Below are positions 9,078-17,733 of a stretch of 64,000 nucleotides of DNA, one piece after another; within the stretch, counting starts at the first letter, position 1, and the number at the start of each line of letters is the position of its first letter. A program made the position numbers and the translations under genes. The stretch comes from Flavobacteriales bacterium. Its GTDB lineage: Bacteria > Bacteroidota > Bacteroidia > Flavobacteriales > Schleiferiaceae. Location of the stretch: the NCBI GenBank assembly GCA_947464785.1, contig CANHXZ010000001.1, positions 705-64,704 of the forward strand, written 5' to 3'. Below the pieces are notes generated by a model, which was not told where the DNA came from, did not search any database, and saw nothing but the letters and a program-made list of their open reading frames with translations.

Positions 9078-10184
9078 ATGGAGCAAGCAATGCCTAAGCG
9101 GGGTTTGATCTTTTTTTTGCTGCTGCTTGCTGCGTTTCAAAGCACGGCGGCAGAAGCGGTGGCCGACACGAGCAAAGACCGGGGCACCACCTTGATTCCG
9201 CTGTTTTACTACACTCCAGACACGCGTTTTGCCCTGGGAGCCGCTGGAGTCTGCTACTTTAGAACCCAGAGCAGTCACGACAGCTTGCCGAGACCGCGCT
9301 TGTCTTATGTGCAGGGCCTGGCCGACTACACCCAAAACAAGCAACTCGACCTTTGGGCCGTTTGGTCCGTCTTTACCAACAACGAAGACTATTTGCTGCG
9401 CGGCGAAACGCGCTACCGAAACTTTCCGGATCGATTTTACGGGATTGGCAACAGCAGCAGCGACGAAGATATGGAGCGCTACTACTACGACCTCATGAGT
9501 TTTAAAGCGCTCTTTATGAAGCGATTTGGGCGTCATCTCTTTGCCGGATTGGACTACCACCTCAGGCGGGAGTACAATTTTGAGTACTACGACGACCTAA
9601 ATCTGGTGGACGGAACCGTGCCGGGCTACCAGGGTGGCGTGGGTTCTGCTTTGGGAATTGTGGTTTCTAAGGACAGTCGGGACAACGTGGTCAACGCCTA
9701 CAAGGGTCAGTTTTTTGAGTTTTCGTCCTACTTTTTCAACAACGCCTGGGGCGGAACCTTCAATTTTACCGCGCTCAACGGTCTGTTTAATTCCTACACC
9801 GAACTGCGGCCCGGGTGGATTTTAGCTACCAATTCGCGGATCAACCTCAATTTTGGCGACGTGCCTTTTCTGGACATGGCCAAGGCCGGGGGCGAAGAAA
9901 TGCTGCGCGGCTACGCGGCAAACCGATACCGAGACCACCATTTTGTGGGCAGCCAAGTAGAGCTGCGCATGCCCCTGTACCGGCGCTTTAGGGCCGTGGC
10001 CTTTGCGGGATTGGGAGAGGTGTTCCGCCAGCCTGCTCAGGTGCAGTGGAACAACCTTAAGTACAGCGTCGGGGGCGGTCTGCGCTATGCGATGAACGAG
10101 TCAGAGCGTCTGAACATACGTCTGGACTACGGCGTGGGCCGAGGATCAAGCAGCTTTTATTTCTCGGTAACTGAGGCTTTTTGA
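9078..10184 (+). CDS. Omp85/BamA-family outer-membrane beta-barrel protein (barrel only, no obvious POTRA repeats)
   Basis: Signal peptide MPKRGLIFFLLLLAAFQSTAAEA. The C-terminus ...GGGLRYAMNESERLNIRLDYGVGRGSSSFYFSVTEAF ends in Phe, typical of bacterial surface-antigen barrels. Start is ambiguous (GTG 9075, ATG 9078, ATG 9090). Confidence 0.75.
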   Translation: MEQAMPKRGLIFFLLLLAAFQSTAAEAVADTSKDRGTTLIPLFYYTPDTRFALGAAGVCYFRTQSSHDSLPRPRLSYVQGLADYTQNKQLDLWAVWSVFTNNEDYLLRGETRYRNFPDRFYGIGNSSSDEDMERYYYDLMSFKALFMKRFGRHLFAGLDYHLRREYNFEYYDDLNLVDGTVPGYQGGVGSALGIVVSKDSRDNVVNAYKGQFFEFSSYFFNNAWGGTFNFTALNGLFNSYTELRPGWILATNSRINLNFGDVPFLDMAKAGGEEMLRGYAANRYRDHHFVGSQVELRMPLYRRFRAVAFAGLGEVFRQPAQVQWNNLKYSVGGGLRYAMNESERLNIRLDYGVGRGSSSFYFSVTEAF

Positions 10185-10191
10185 CGGGGGT

Positions 10192-10551
10192 TCAATCGGG
10201 CTGTCCCCAACCCATCGAATCCGCAAACAGGTAGAGGTTTAAGAGCATAAAGAACAGGGCCGGAAGCGAAACGAGCAATCCATCCTTCACGCTCATTCGA
10301 ACGATGAGTCCGCTCAGCATGAGCAGGCTCAGGCCCAGGGAGGCAAGGCTAAGAATGGGTTTAAAGTAGAGCCCAACCAGAAGGCCGGTGGCCCCTAAAA
10401 TTTGCAGCACAACGGTCAGTAGTCCTATTTTCTCCAAATTGAAACGCTTGAATTCGCTTTTCATGTGGGGAGATCGGAAATAGGACGCGGCATAGGCGTA
10501 GAACGACAGACTCGAAACGAGAATGCCTAAGGTGGTCCAGGAGGCACTCAC
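10192..10551 (-). CDS. DoxX-like small integral membrane protein
   Basis: 119 aa with four hydrophobic helices. GTG start 3 nt after the stop of the upstream paralogue. Confidence 0.6.
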   Translation of the reverse strand: MSASWTTLGILVSSLSFYAYAASYFRSPHMKSEFKRFNLEKIGLLTVVLQILGATGLLVGLYFKPILSLASLGLSLLMLSGLIVRMSVKDGLLVSLPALFFMLLNLYLFADSMGWGQPD

Positions 10552-10554
10552 CCC

Positions 10555-10890
10555 CTAGTTAGCGCTCAAAGCCAGGACGACGCACAGCGCCAAAAGAAGT
10601 AAGGAGGGGACGTGCTTTACCAGAGGATTCTTGACGCTGAAGTGAAAGTACTGAGCTGCTACCATGAACAGGCCCATCAGTACCGCCGGGACTTGAACCA
10701 GATCCGGGTACCAAATTCCGGCAACAATCAGGGTTGCGAGGGCCACTTTTGAGACCCCCACCAGGCTGCGCGTTAAGTCGCTCAGGCCAAAAAGAGAAAA
10801 CTCTTTGACAACGTTGCCGAAGCGAAAGGTCCAAACGAAGGCAACCGAAAGCCCAAGGGTTAGTTGAAGTAAGCTGGTGAAGTTGTCCAT
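10555..10890 (-). CDS. DoxX-like small integral membrane protein (paralogue of 10192-10551)
   Basis: 111 aa with four hydrophobic helices. Shares the EF..F.L...helix layout with its neighbour. Confidence 0.6.
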   Translation of the reverse strand: MDNFTSLLQLTLGLSVAFVWTFRFGNVVKEFSLFGLSDLTRSLVGVSKVALATLIVAGIWYPDLVQVPAVLMGLFMVAAQYFHFSVKNPLVKHVPSLLLLALCVVLALSAN

Positions 10891-11102
10891 CGTTTGCTTT
10901 TTTTTAAATGTACGTCGTTGCGTTCACGCGGCCAAACGGAAGGGATCGTTCCGGGCTTTGGTGGCTACCTTGACCTTAAATTCCGGACGGTGCCGACGTC
11001 GGTTTCTTTTTCCGCACACCGCAGCGTTTATTTACCGCAGTCACCCCCTTTGTTGGGGAACAAAAACAGGGGTTTGCAAGTTACCTGAAGTAGTACGAAA
11101 CC

Positions 11103-12212
11103 ATGAGCGACAAAGGATTCTTCTTCAAACAGTTTGAGCCCAAGAGCATCTCGCCCTTTGACAAGCTCTTCGACATCTTCAAGGAGCTGATTGTGCACGT
11201 ATCGGGCGATTTTGACGAGGCCATTGCTTGGCTCCGAGAACTGGACAAAGAATACGAGCTGACGGACGAGAACTACACCGTGGACGACTTTGTTGCTGAA
11301 TTGCAGGAGCGGGGCTACATCCGCCCGGTGGTGGACGGCGACGGCGTTCCCGGCATGGGAATCACCGCCAAAACGGAACGACAGATCCGGCAAACGGCCC
11401 TCCAGCGAATCTTTGGCGATCTGAACAAAAGCGGGGCCGGAAACCACAAAACCAAAAGCTCAGGCGACGGCGACGAGCCCACGGGGGAAACGCGTCCGTA
11501 CACGTTTGGCGACGGTTTGGACAAAATTTCCCTGACGGAAAGCATCAAAAAGGCCCAAATCAACCACGGGGTAGGCGATTTTCAGCTGAGCGAGGAGGAC
11601 CTCGTGGTGGAGGACAGTCGGTTCAACGCCCAAATGAGCACAGTGCTGATGATTGACATCAGCCACTCCATGATCCTGTACGGGGAGGACCGCATCACGC
11701 CGGCCAAGAAAGTGGCCATGGCCTTGGCGGAGCTCATCACCACGCGCTACCCCAAGGACAGCCTGGACATCCTGGTCTTTGGAAACGACGCCTGGCGGAT
11801 ATCGATCCAGGAAATTCCGTACCTCAAGGTGGGCCCTTTTCACACCAATACGGTGGCCGGATTGCAGTTGGCCATGGACCTTTTGCGCAAAAGGCGAAAC
11901 AGCAACAAGCAAATTTTCATGATCACGGACGGCAAGCCAAGCTGCGTGAAGGAGCGCGACGGCACTTATTACATGAACAGCAACGGGCTGGACCCCTACG
12001 TCACCGAACGCTGCTACACGCAGGCGGCCCAGGCACGTAAGCTGGGCATCCCCATCACCACCTTCATGATTGCGCGGGACCCCTACCTGCAGCAATTTGT
12101 GGACACGTTTACCGAAGCCAATCAAGGAAAGGCCTTTTACACCGGACTCAAAGGCTTGGGCGAGATGGTATTCAAGGACTACGAAAACAACCGAACCAAA
12201 AGACGCAAATAG
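11103..12212 (+). CDS. von Willebrand factor type A (vWA) domain protein
   Basis: 369 aa. MIDAS-type motif MIDISHSM (DxSxS), followed by ...LVFGNDA... and ...FMITDGKPS... Confidence 0.85.
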   Translation: MSDKGFFFKQFEPKSISPFDKLFDIFKELIVHVSGDFDEAIAWLRELDKEYELTDENYTVDDFVAELQERGYIRPVVDGDGVPGMGITAKTERQIRQTALQRIFGDLNKSGAGNHKTKSSGDGDEPTGETRPYTFGDGLDKISLTESIKKAQINHGVGDFQLSEEDLVVEDSRFNAQMSTVLMIDISHSMILYGEDRITPAKKVAMALAELITTRYPKDSLDILVFGNDAWRISIQEIPYLKVGPFHTNTVAGLQLAMDLLRKRRNSNKQIFMITDGKPSCVKERDGTYYMNSNGLDPYVTERCYTQAAQARKLGIPITTFMIARDPYLQQFVDTFTEANQGKAFYTGLKGLGEMVFKDYENNRTKRRK

Positions 12213-12213
12213 G

Positions 12214-13644
12214 ATGATCACTACGTTAGGAGAACTGAAGGCCACCGGCTACCAAAGCACGTCCATCAAGGACGAGCTCCGCGCCAACCTGATCAAGCAC
12301 TTGGCCGCTGGAACAACGGTGTTTCAGGGCGTCCACGGGTTTGAGGAAACCGTGTTGCCGGAGCTGGAGCGCGCCGTGTTGTCCCGGCACAACATCAACC
12401 TTTTGGGCCTTCGGGGGCAAGCCAAAACCCGTTTGGCGCGCCTGATGGTGGAATTGCTGGACGAGTATGTGCCCATTGTAGCGGGGTCTGAAGTCAACGA
12501 CGATCCCTTGGCGCCCATCTCCCGCTACGCCAAGGACCTCATTGCGGAAAACGGAGACGCCACCCCCATTGCGTGGCTGCACCGCTCGCAGCGTTATTCG
12601 GAGAAGTTGGCGACGCCCGACGTCACCGTTGCGGACCTCATTGGGGACATCGACCCCATCAAGGCAGCCAACCTCAAACTTTCGTACGCGGACGACCGGG
12701 TGATTCACTTTGGCATGATTCCGCGGGCCAACCGGTGCATTTTTGTACTGAACGAGATCCCGGACCTCCAGGCCCGAAACCAGGTGGCGCTGTTCAACAT
12801 TCTCCAAGAGGGCGACGTGCAAATTCGCGGGTTTAGCATCCGACTGCCACTGGACATTCAATTTGTGTTCACCGCCAACCCCGAAGATTACACGAACCGT
12901 GGAAGTATTGTTACGCCGCTGAAGGACCGGATTGGATCGCAGATCTTGACGCACTACCCCAAAAGTGTTGCGGTGGCGCGCAAAATTTCTGCCCAAGAAG
13001 CCAAGGTGAACCAAGCCCAAGCCAACCGCGTTTACGTTCCGGATTTGGCGTACAACTTGTTGGAGCAAATCATTTTTGAGGCGCGGGAAAGCGAGTACGT
13101 GGACCACAAGAGCGGGGTAAGCGCGCGCATGAGCATCTCCATGCTGGAAAGTTTAGTCAGTACGGCAGAACGCCGCGCACTCCTCAACCAAGAAGATCAC
13201 ACCACCGTGCGATTGTCCGATTTCATGGGCGTGATCCCGGCCATCACCGGCAAAGTGGAGCTGGTGTACGAGGGCGAACAAGAGGGCGCTGCCTTTGTGG
13301 CGGAACAGCTCCTGGGCGCGGCCATCAAGACGCTGTGGCCCACCCTGTTCCCCAAGATTGAGAAGCTTACCAAAAAGTCCGAAAGCAGTCCGTACGCGCC
13401 GGCCGTGGCAGCGATTTACGAGCAGGGAGGCGTGTTGCTCTACGACGAATGCGACCAAGCCGAGTACGCATCTACCTTGAACAAGGTGACTTCCTTGGAC
13501 GCTTTAATTACGCAGCACCAGCCCGATTTTGAGCCGCGCGACCTGCTCTTCCTCAAGGAATACATGCTTTGGGCTTTGGCCGAGCAGCAGCAGCTGGGCA
13601 AGGAGCGACTGCAGCACGGTTTTGAGTTCAACGAGTTTTTCTAA
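12214..13644 (+). CDS. AAA+ ATPase of the Mg-chelatase subunit I (ChlI/BchI)-like type
   Basis: Start set at ATG 12214 (MITTLGELK...), 1 nt after the vWA stop. Walker A-like LLGLRGQAKTRLAR, Walker B-like CIFVLNEIPDL, then FVFTANPEDYTNRGSIVTPLKDRIG. The upstream part of the track ORF overlaps the vWA gene out of frame. Confidence 0.85.
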   Translation: MITTLGELKATGYQSTSIKDELRANLIKHLAAGTTVFQGVHGFEETVLPELERAVLSRHNINLLGLRGQAKTRLARLMVELLDEYVPIVAGSEVNDDPLAPISRYAKDLIAENGDATPIAWLHRSQRYSEKLATPDVTVADLIGDIDPIKAANLKLSYADDRVIHFGMIPRANRCIFVLNEIPDLQARNQVALFNILQEGDVQIRGFSIRLPLDIQFVFTANPEDYTNRGSIVTPLKDRIGSQILTHYPKSVAVARKISAQEAKVNQAQANRVYVPDLAYNLLEQIIFEARESEYVDHKSGVSARMSISMLESLVSTAERRALLNQEDHTTVRLSDFMGVIPAITGKVELVYEGEQEGAAFVAEQLLGAAIKTLWPTLFPKIEKLTKKSESSPYAPAVAAIYEQGGVLLYDECDQAEYASTLNKVTSLDALITQHQPDFEPRDLLFLKEYMLWALAEQQQLGKERLQHGFEFNEFF

Positions 13645-13675
13645 GCGATCGGCAAGTGGTTTCCTGGGGATTTCG

Positions 13676-14878
13676 TCAGGGAAGCACCAACTTTTTGCTC
13701 CTGCCGTCCGCGTAGCGGACAAAATACAATCCGTGGAGACCGTCGAGCTGGGTGCCGCAAAACCGTCCGTAGGCATCAAAAACGCCGACGATTGTAGGAG
13801 ACAAAGTGTATTCCGTCTGACCGAAGGTAGCGGAAACGGTTAGGGTGAGGGGAAAATCGTAGTGTGCCTTGGGGTTCGCCACGCGCAAACAGCCTTCGAA
13901 GGAACCGTCGGTGGTTAGGTTGCGCAAAACCCAGGAGGTCTGACCATTTTGAACGACGTCCACCCCTGGGATAAGGAGTCTGGCCTGAGTGAAATCGATT
14001 CCACTGACCGAAACTTCCAACGAATCTCCCTGCAACCGATCGTGCGTTAGGGTAACCGTGCTGTCCGGGTGAAAGGCAATGTTGGTGGTGTTTTTGATGC
14101 CCGGCATGTTCCCGTAGAATACAAAGTACGTGTGCTGTATGCGGTTCACACCGATGCACTGGCCGTTGCGAAATTCGGACAGGGAATAGCCGGTGACGAA
14201 AGAACCCGTTTGATTGGGTGTCCATTGAATCAAGCCATTGGGACGTACCACATACGCACCGTAGTTGTTTAGCTGGGTGAAGTTCAGCATTGGAGTGAAA
14301 GTACTCCCGTTGTGCAACCTCGCGGGAAAGTCCGGGGCCACAAAGACGGAGTCTCCGTCGGTTTCTTCCAAAAACAGCGTGATTTGAGACCCCTTGTCAA
14401 TCACCAAATGGGCGGGTAAATGATGACGCACGGTGGCCATGGAGTGCGAAGCAGAGCCCGCGGGCAGTTTGGTGTAGTCCATTGATACCACCGTTTTTGC
14501 TCCCGTAGGCGAATACCCGTTTGTGAGACTGGTGAGACGGCAACAATCCTCATAAACAAACCGGTAATTTCCGGCCGTCAGCATTCCTTTGGTTTTGTAC
14601 GTATTGACTCTGTATCCTTGCCAAAATAGAGTGGTGTCGTAGGGAAGGTTGATGGGACTCAGTTGGGTGTAAATGCCTGAGGCGTTCTGCACCCAAATCT
14701 GGATGGGTAGTGCAACTCCTGCCGGGTATCCTCCGGGATCAGCGACCAAGATGAACTCCAGAACGACGGTGTCCGAGGTGCCGATCTGCTTGGCATTGAA
14801 ATGGCCCCCCATAAAGTGGGTGGCCTCTACCGCTTGCGCGGCAAAAAATGCAAGTACAAACAGGGCTATTCGCAACAT
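13676..14878 (-). CDS. secreted hypothetical protein with T9SS C-terminal sorting domain
   Basis: Signal peptide MLRIALFVLAFFAAQAVEA. The C-terminus ...GVFDAYGRFCGTQLDGLHGLYFVRYADGRSKKLVLP resembles Por-secretion tails. Confidence 0.75.
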   Translation of the reverse strand: MLRIALFVLAFFAAQAVEATHFMGGHFNAKQIGTSDTVVLEFILVADPGGYPAGVALPIQIWVQNASGIYTQLSPINLPYDTTLFWQGYRVNTYKTKGMLTAGNYRFVYEDCCRLTSLTNGYSPTGAKTVVSMDYTKLPAGSASHSMATVRHHLPAHLVIDKGSQITLFLEETDGDSVFVAPDFPARLHNGSTFTPMLNFTQLNNYGAYVVRPNGLIQWTPNQTGSFVTGYSLSEFRNGQCIGVNRIQHTYFVFYGNMPGIKNTTNIAFHPDSTVTLTHDRLQGDSLEVSVSGIDFTQARLLIPGVDVVQNGQTSWVLRNLTTDGSFEGCLRVANPKAHYDFPLTLTVSATFGQTEYTLSPTIVGVFDAYGRFCGTQLDGLHGLYFVRYADGRSKKLVLP

Positions 14879-15042
14879 CTTTTTTGGGTTTTCGCCTCAA
14901 AATTCATCCTTGTTTCGTTGCAAAAAACTACCAATTATTTTTCGGGACGGTTGGGGCTTTTTTCGGTGGCTCATGGTGCACTGTGCCGGCCTGCCAAAAA
15001 CGAAAGGACGAAAACAACCCGAAACCCCATCGAATTAGGGTG

Positions 15043-15050
15043 TAAATTCG
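15043..15050 (+). promoter_or_regulatory. variant -7 box (TAAATTCG) 4 nt upstream of the ATG at 15055
   Basis: TAAATTCG-TCTC-ATG. The spacing matches other box+4 nt+start cases. The box departs from TAnnTTTG at one position. Confidence 0.3.
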
Positions 15051-15054
15051 TCTC

Positions 15055-15267
15055 ATGACAATGCGTGAAAGAATTTCGGAAATGCTCAGCTTTGGCCTGC
15101 TGTTGTTCGTGGTAAATGCTTGGCTCATCCCCTGGTTTCAAGGCAAAACGCTCACGGGCACGGAAATCGCCGTATACGCAGGCACCTCGGCTTTGGGCTG
15201 CGTGGCGTACCACTACACCACCCAGTGGATGAAGAGGCGTCGGAAGGGAAAAAATCCCAACGCCTGA
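15055..15267 (+). CDS. small hypothetical membrane protein (70 aa)
   Basis: Two hydrophobic segments (MLSFGLLLFVVNAWLIPWF; AVYAGTSALGCVAYHY) and a basic tail. Supported only by the promoter-like box and a plausible composition. Confidence 0.4.
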   Translation: MTMRERISEMLSFGLLLFVVNAWLIPWFQGKTLTGTEIAVYAGTSALGCVAYHYTTQWMKRRRKGKNPNA

Positions 15268-15276
15268 GGATCCCGA

Positions 15277-15468
15277 TCAGTCCGCTTGGAACAACGATTC
15301 CACCGGCGTTTGAAACGTCTTAGCTAAGGCCAGGGCAAGCGGCAAACTGGGGGCGTACTTCCCCTGCTCGATGGCGTTGATGGTTTGGCGGCTGACGCCT
15401 ACGGCGTCTGCCAGTTCCTGCTGGGACCAATCTTTGTCGGCCCGGAACACCTTGATTTTATTCTTCAC
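15277..15468 (-). CDS. small XRE/Cro-family helix-turn-helix transcriptional regulator
   Basis: 63 aa: KVFRADKDWSQQELADAVGVSRQTINAIEQGKYAPSLPLALALAKTF. GTG start overlapping the end of the upstream membrane-protein gene. Confidence 0.85.
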   Translation of the reverse strand: MKNKIKVFRADKDWSQQELADAVGVSRQTINAIEQGKYAPSLPLALALAKTFQTPVESLFQAD

Positions 15469-15943
15469 GGCCCGATGCGTAATGCGTTCGTAAGGACCAA
15501 GCCAGCAGGACGTTGAACAACACCAAGAAGGCCACCAGTTGTGCGTACATCACGTACAAGTAAGTGGCGCCGTACACCGTAAGGGTGGCCGCCAAAAAGA
15601 GCAAGGCGTTGATCCAGGTGGCGTGCGCCAGTGCCTTCCACCGAAGTTGCCGGATGAGCTCATCTTCCACGCGTTCGCGGGAAAATCCCAGCACCAAGCC
15701 GCTCAAGGTAACCACCACCAGCAGCAACTCGTCCGTCAAATTGTTCACCACCCACTGCGGCCCCGCGGCCGTGCTGCTTAAAAATTCGTCCGACCACAGA
15801 GCGGGAATGCGCCAAGACAACCACTTGATGCCGCCCTCCGGGGCGCCCACCGCCAACCAAAAGGCCGCCAACAGGACGCTGAGCGAAAACAAAACTGCGG
15901 CAGGGGCTTTCCAAGCTGCCGGCAACAAACCGTCGTTTTTCAT
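15458..15943 (-). CDS. hypothetical integral membrane protein co-transcribed with the XRE regulator
   Basis: Start set at ATG 15943 (MKNDGLLPAAWKAPAAVLFSL...). The track start at 15964 is a TTG only 6 nt from the promoter box. Four or more hydrophobic helices. Confidence 0.65.
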   Translation of the reverse strand: MKNDGLLPAAWKAPAAVLFSLSVLLAAFWLAVGAPEGGIKWLSWRIPALWSDEFLSSTAAGPQWVVNNLTDELLLVVVTLSGLVLGFSRERVEDELIRQLRWKALAHATWINALLFLAATLTVYGATYLYVMYAQLVAFLVLFNVLLAWSLRTHYASGREE

Positions 15944-15969
15944 GCGTGTAGTTTTCTTGTTCAACGGGT

Positions 15970-15977
15970 CAAATGTA
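15970..15977 (-). promoter_or_regulatory. TAnnTTTG -7 box (TACATTTG) for the membrane-protein/XRE operon
   Basis: Exact consensus in a locally AT-rich stretch, 26 nt upstream of ATG 15943. Confidence 0.5.
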
Positions 15978-15984
15978 TATATTA

Positions 15985-16012
15985 TTTTACATATTGTAAA
16001 ACATATTTTACA
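15985..16012. promoter_or_regulatory. candidate operator: perfect palindrome TTTTACA-TAT-TGTAAAA plus a third TTTTACA half-site
   Basis: Arms at 15985-15991 and 15995-16001, with an extra half-site at 16006-16012. It lies just upstream of the -7 box, where a -33 element would sit. Confidence 0.4.
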
Positions 16013-16040
16013 TTTTTAATCATTTGCACCGGTTAGCAAC

Positions 16041-16070
16041 AAAAAAAGCGCCCCGCTGAGCGGGGCGCTT
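16041..16070 (-). terminator. intrinsic terminator after the T9SS esterase gene
   Basis: Minus strand: AAGCGCCCCGC-UCA-GCGGGGCGCUU followed by UUUUUUU. Confidence 0.7.
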
Positions 16071-16096
16071 GAGTACCTAATCGTACCGGTTTAACG

Positions 16097-17707
16097 CTAC
16101 GACTTCATCAGTTGCTTGGTCTGCACGCCCAGATCCGTTTGAACGCGGACCCAGTAAATTCCAGACTTCCAACCTGAAGTGTTCAGCACCAATTCATCTT
16201 CAATGCCCACCGTTTGGTCCAGGATCAGTCTGCCCAGAGCATCCAGTACCTGAACTTTGTGCGCGTGCATACCGTCCAGACGCAAACGTGCAAAGTTGTT
16301 CGCGGGATTGGGGATGATTTGGAACGACGCCGTTGCCTGCTCCTGAACACCAACGTTGTAGCCCACTGCGTTCAACGCCTTGGCCATGCGGGGCAGGATG
16401 AAGCCCATCACGGTATCAATGTAGAGTTTAGACTGCGCCTTAACGTTTGGATTTGTTTCGTTAGCAGACAAGGGATCGGATGGATCCCACCAATCCCAAG
16501 GGTTGGCGTTTACCTTGAATGGCATTGCTGCATTGGGCGGCATCATATTGAAGGTGTACAGATTCTCTTGGTTGCCCACGTTGTAGGGATTGTTCCGTGC
16601 CTTAACCGACAACGGGTCCATCATGGATCCCGCATTGAATACGGAGTTGTTTCCAAACGTGTTGGCCATCTTCACTGCTGTGTGGCTTCCGGCAACATCC
16701 ACCACGGGAAAGAAACTGCCTGCAATGGGCACGTTCACCATGCCGCGGTAGTACGGCGCAAAGAAGTCGAACCGACTGTGCAAGCTGATTACGGCCGCGT
16801 CTCCCTGAGCCATCCATGCCGAATCACCCAAGGCTCCTCCCAAGTTCGCAACAAAGTTGACGTTGGACGGAATGCCTTTGTATAATTCAATGTTGCGTCC
16901 TGGCTGCGTCTGATCAACCAACGGCAAGCCGGTTACCGGGTGCGCTCCAATGATGGTTGCCTTACCGCCGTAACCGTTCCAATCGCCAACGCGAGCCGTG
17001 TCCACGTAGGGCGTGCCGGCCATTACTGCATTGCCAAAGATGCCCGTGCCTGCGGTGGTGTACTTGAATTTGGCCGGTGATGCAACTTCTGCAAGGTTGT
17101 TGATGGTGGCGTACGCGAGGGTTACGTATCCGCCAGAACCAACGCCAATCAACGAGATTGCATTTGGATCCACTCGGTACGGATCACCTTGAACCAATTT
17201 GGAAGCGCGAACAGCACGAACGCAAACCTTTGCATCTTGAACGGCATTGTAAACCGCCATCAAGTTGGTTCCGCGTCGGAGGTCCAAATTGGTGGAGTTG
17301 GCCAACCAACCCAAACGATAAGATGCAGACACGGCAATGAAACCGCGTCGAGCAAAACGCTTCGCAATTTCAACCACCGCCGAATCTTTGCGGTCTCCCA
17401 TGGGCGACGCCAATCCTTTGGGCAAGAAAGATCCCGTGTGGAACAGAATCACCACTGGACGAGAAGCCACGGGGTCTGCCACGGTATCGGGCATGTAGAT
17501 GTCCGCATACATGGGCACCACCATGGGTCCTCCCATGCTCGCGGGAACGTACTGACTGAAATTGTAGCCGTAGGCCACATTGTTCAGTGTTGTAATTTGC
17601 GAATTACTGAAAATCTCGTCTGTGTAGCGCTGCTGCGCCCAGAGTGATTCTGCAGTAACTACAGATGTTAAAGCCCACAACAGAGCTAATGAGTACTTTT
17701 TAATCAT
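16097..17707 (-). CDS. secreted alpha/beta-hydrolase (esterase/lipase-like) with T9SS C-terminal sorting domain
   Basis: Signal peptide. Oxyanion-region VVILFHTGSF and nucleophile-elbow-like LIGVGSGGY. C-terminal FQIIPNPANNFARLRLDG...GIYWVRVQTDLGVQTKQLMKS is a typical T9SS CTD. Confidence 0.85.
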   Translation of the reverse strand: MIKKYSLALLWALTSVVTAESLWAQQRYTDEIFSNSQITTLNNVAYGYNFSQYVPASMGGPMVVPMYADIYMPDTVADPVASRPVVILFHTGSFLPKGLASPMGDRKDSAVVEIAKRFARRGFIAVSASYRLGWLANSTNLDLRRGTNLMAVYNAVQDAKVCVRAVRASKLVQGDPYRVDPNAISLIGVGSGGYVTLAYATINNLAEVASPAKFKYTTAGTGIFGNAVMAGTPYVDTARVGDWNGYGGKATIIGAHPVTGLPLVDQTQPGRNIELYKGIPSNVNFVANLGGALGDSAWMAQGDAAVISLHSRFDFFAPYYRGMVNVPIAGSFFPVVDVAGSHTAVKMANTFGNNSVFNAGSMMDPLSVKARNNPYNVGNQENLYTFNMMPPNAAMPFKVNANPWDWWDPSDPLSANETNPNVKAQSKLYIDTVMGFILPRMAKALNAVGYNVGVQEQATASFQIIPNPANNFARLRLDGMHAHKVQVLDALGRLILDQTVGIEDELVLNTSGWKSGIYWVRVQTDLGVQTKQLMKS

Positions 17708-17733
17708 AGCTTATTTTGTTAATTATCTGAAAC

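Noticed and set aside
15277-15468. The small XRE regulator as an antitoxin of a type II toxin-antitoxin pair
   Set aside because: Its only coupled partner is a polytopic membrane protein upstream, not a recognisable toxin fold. It is kept as a regulator/membrane pair of unknown function.
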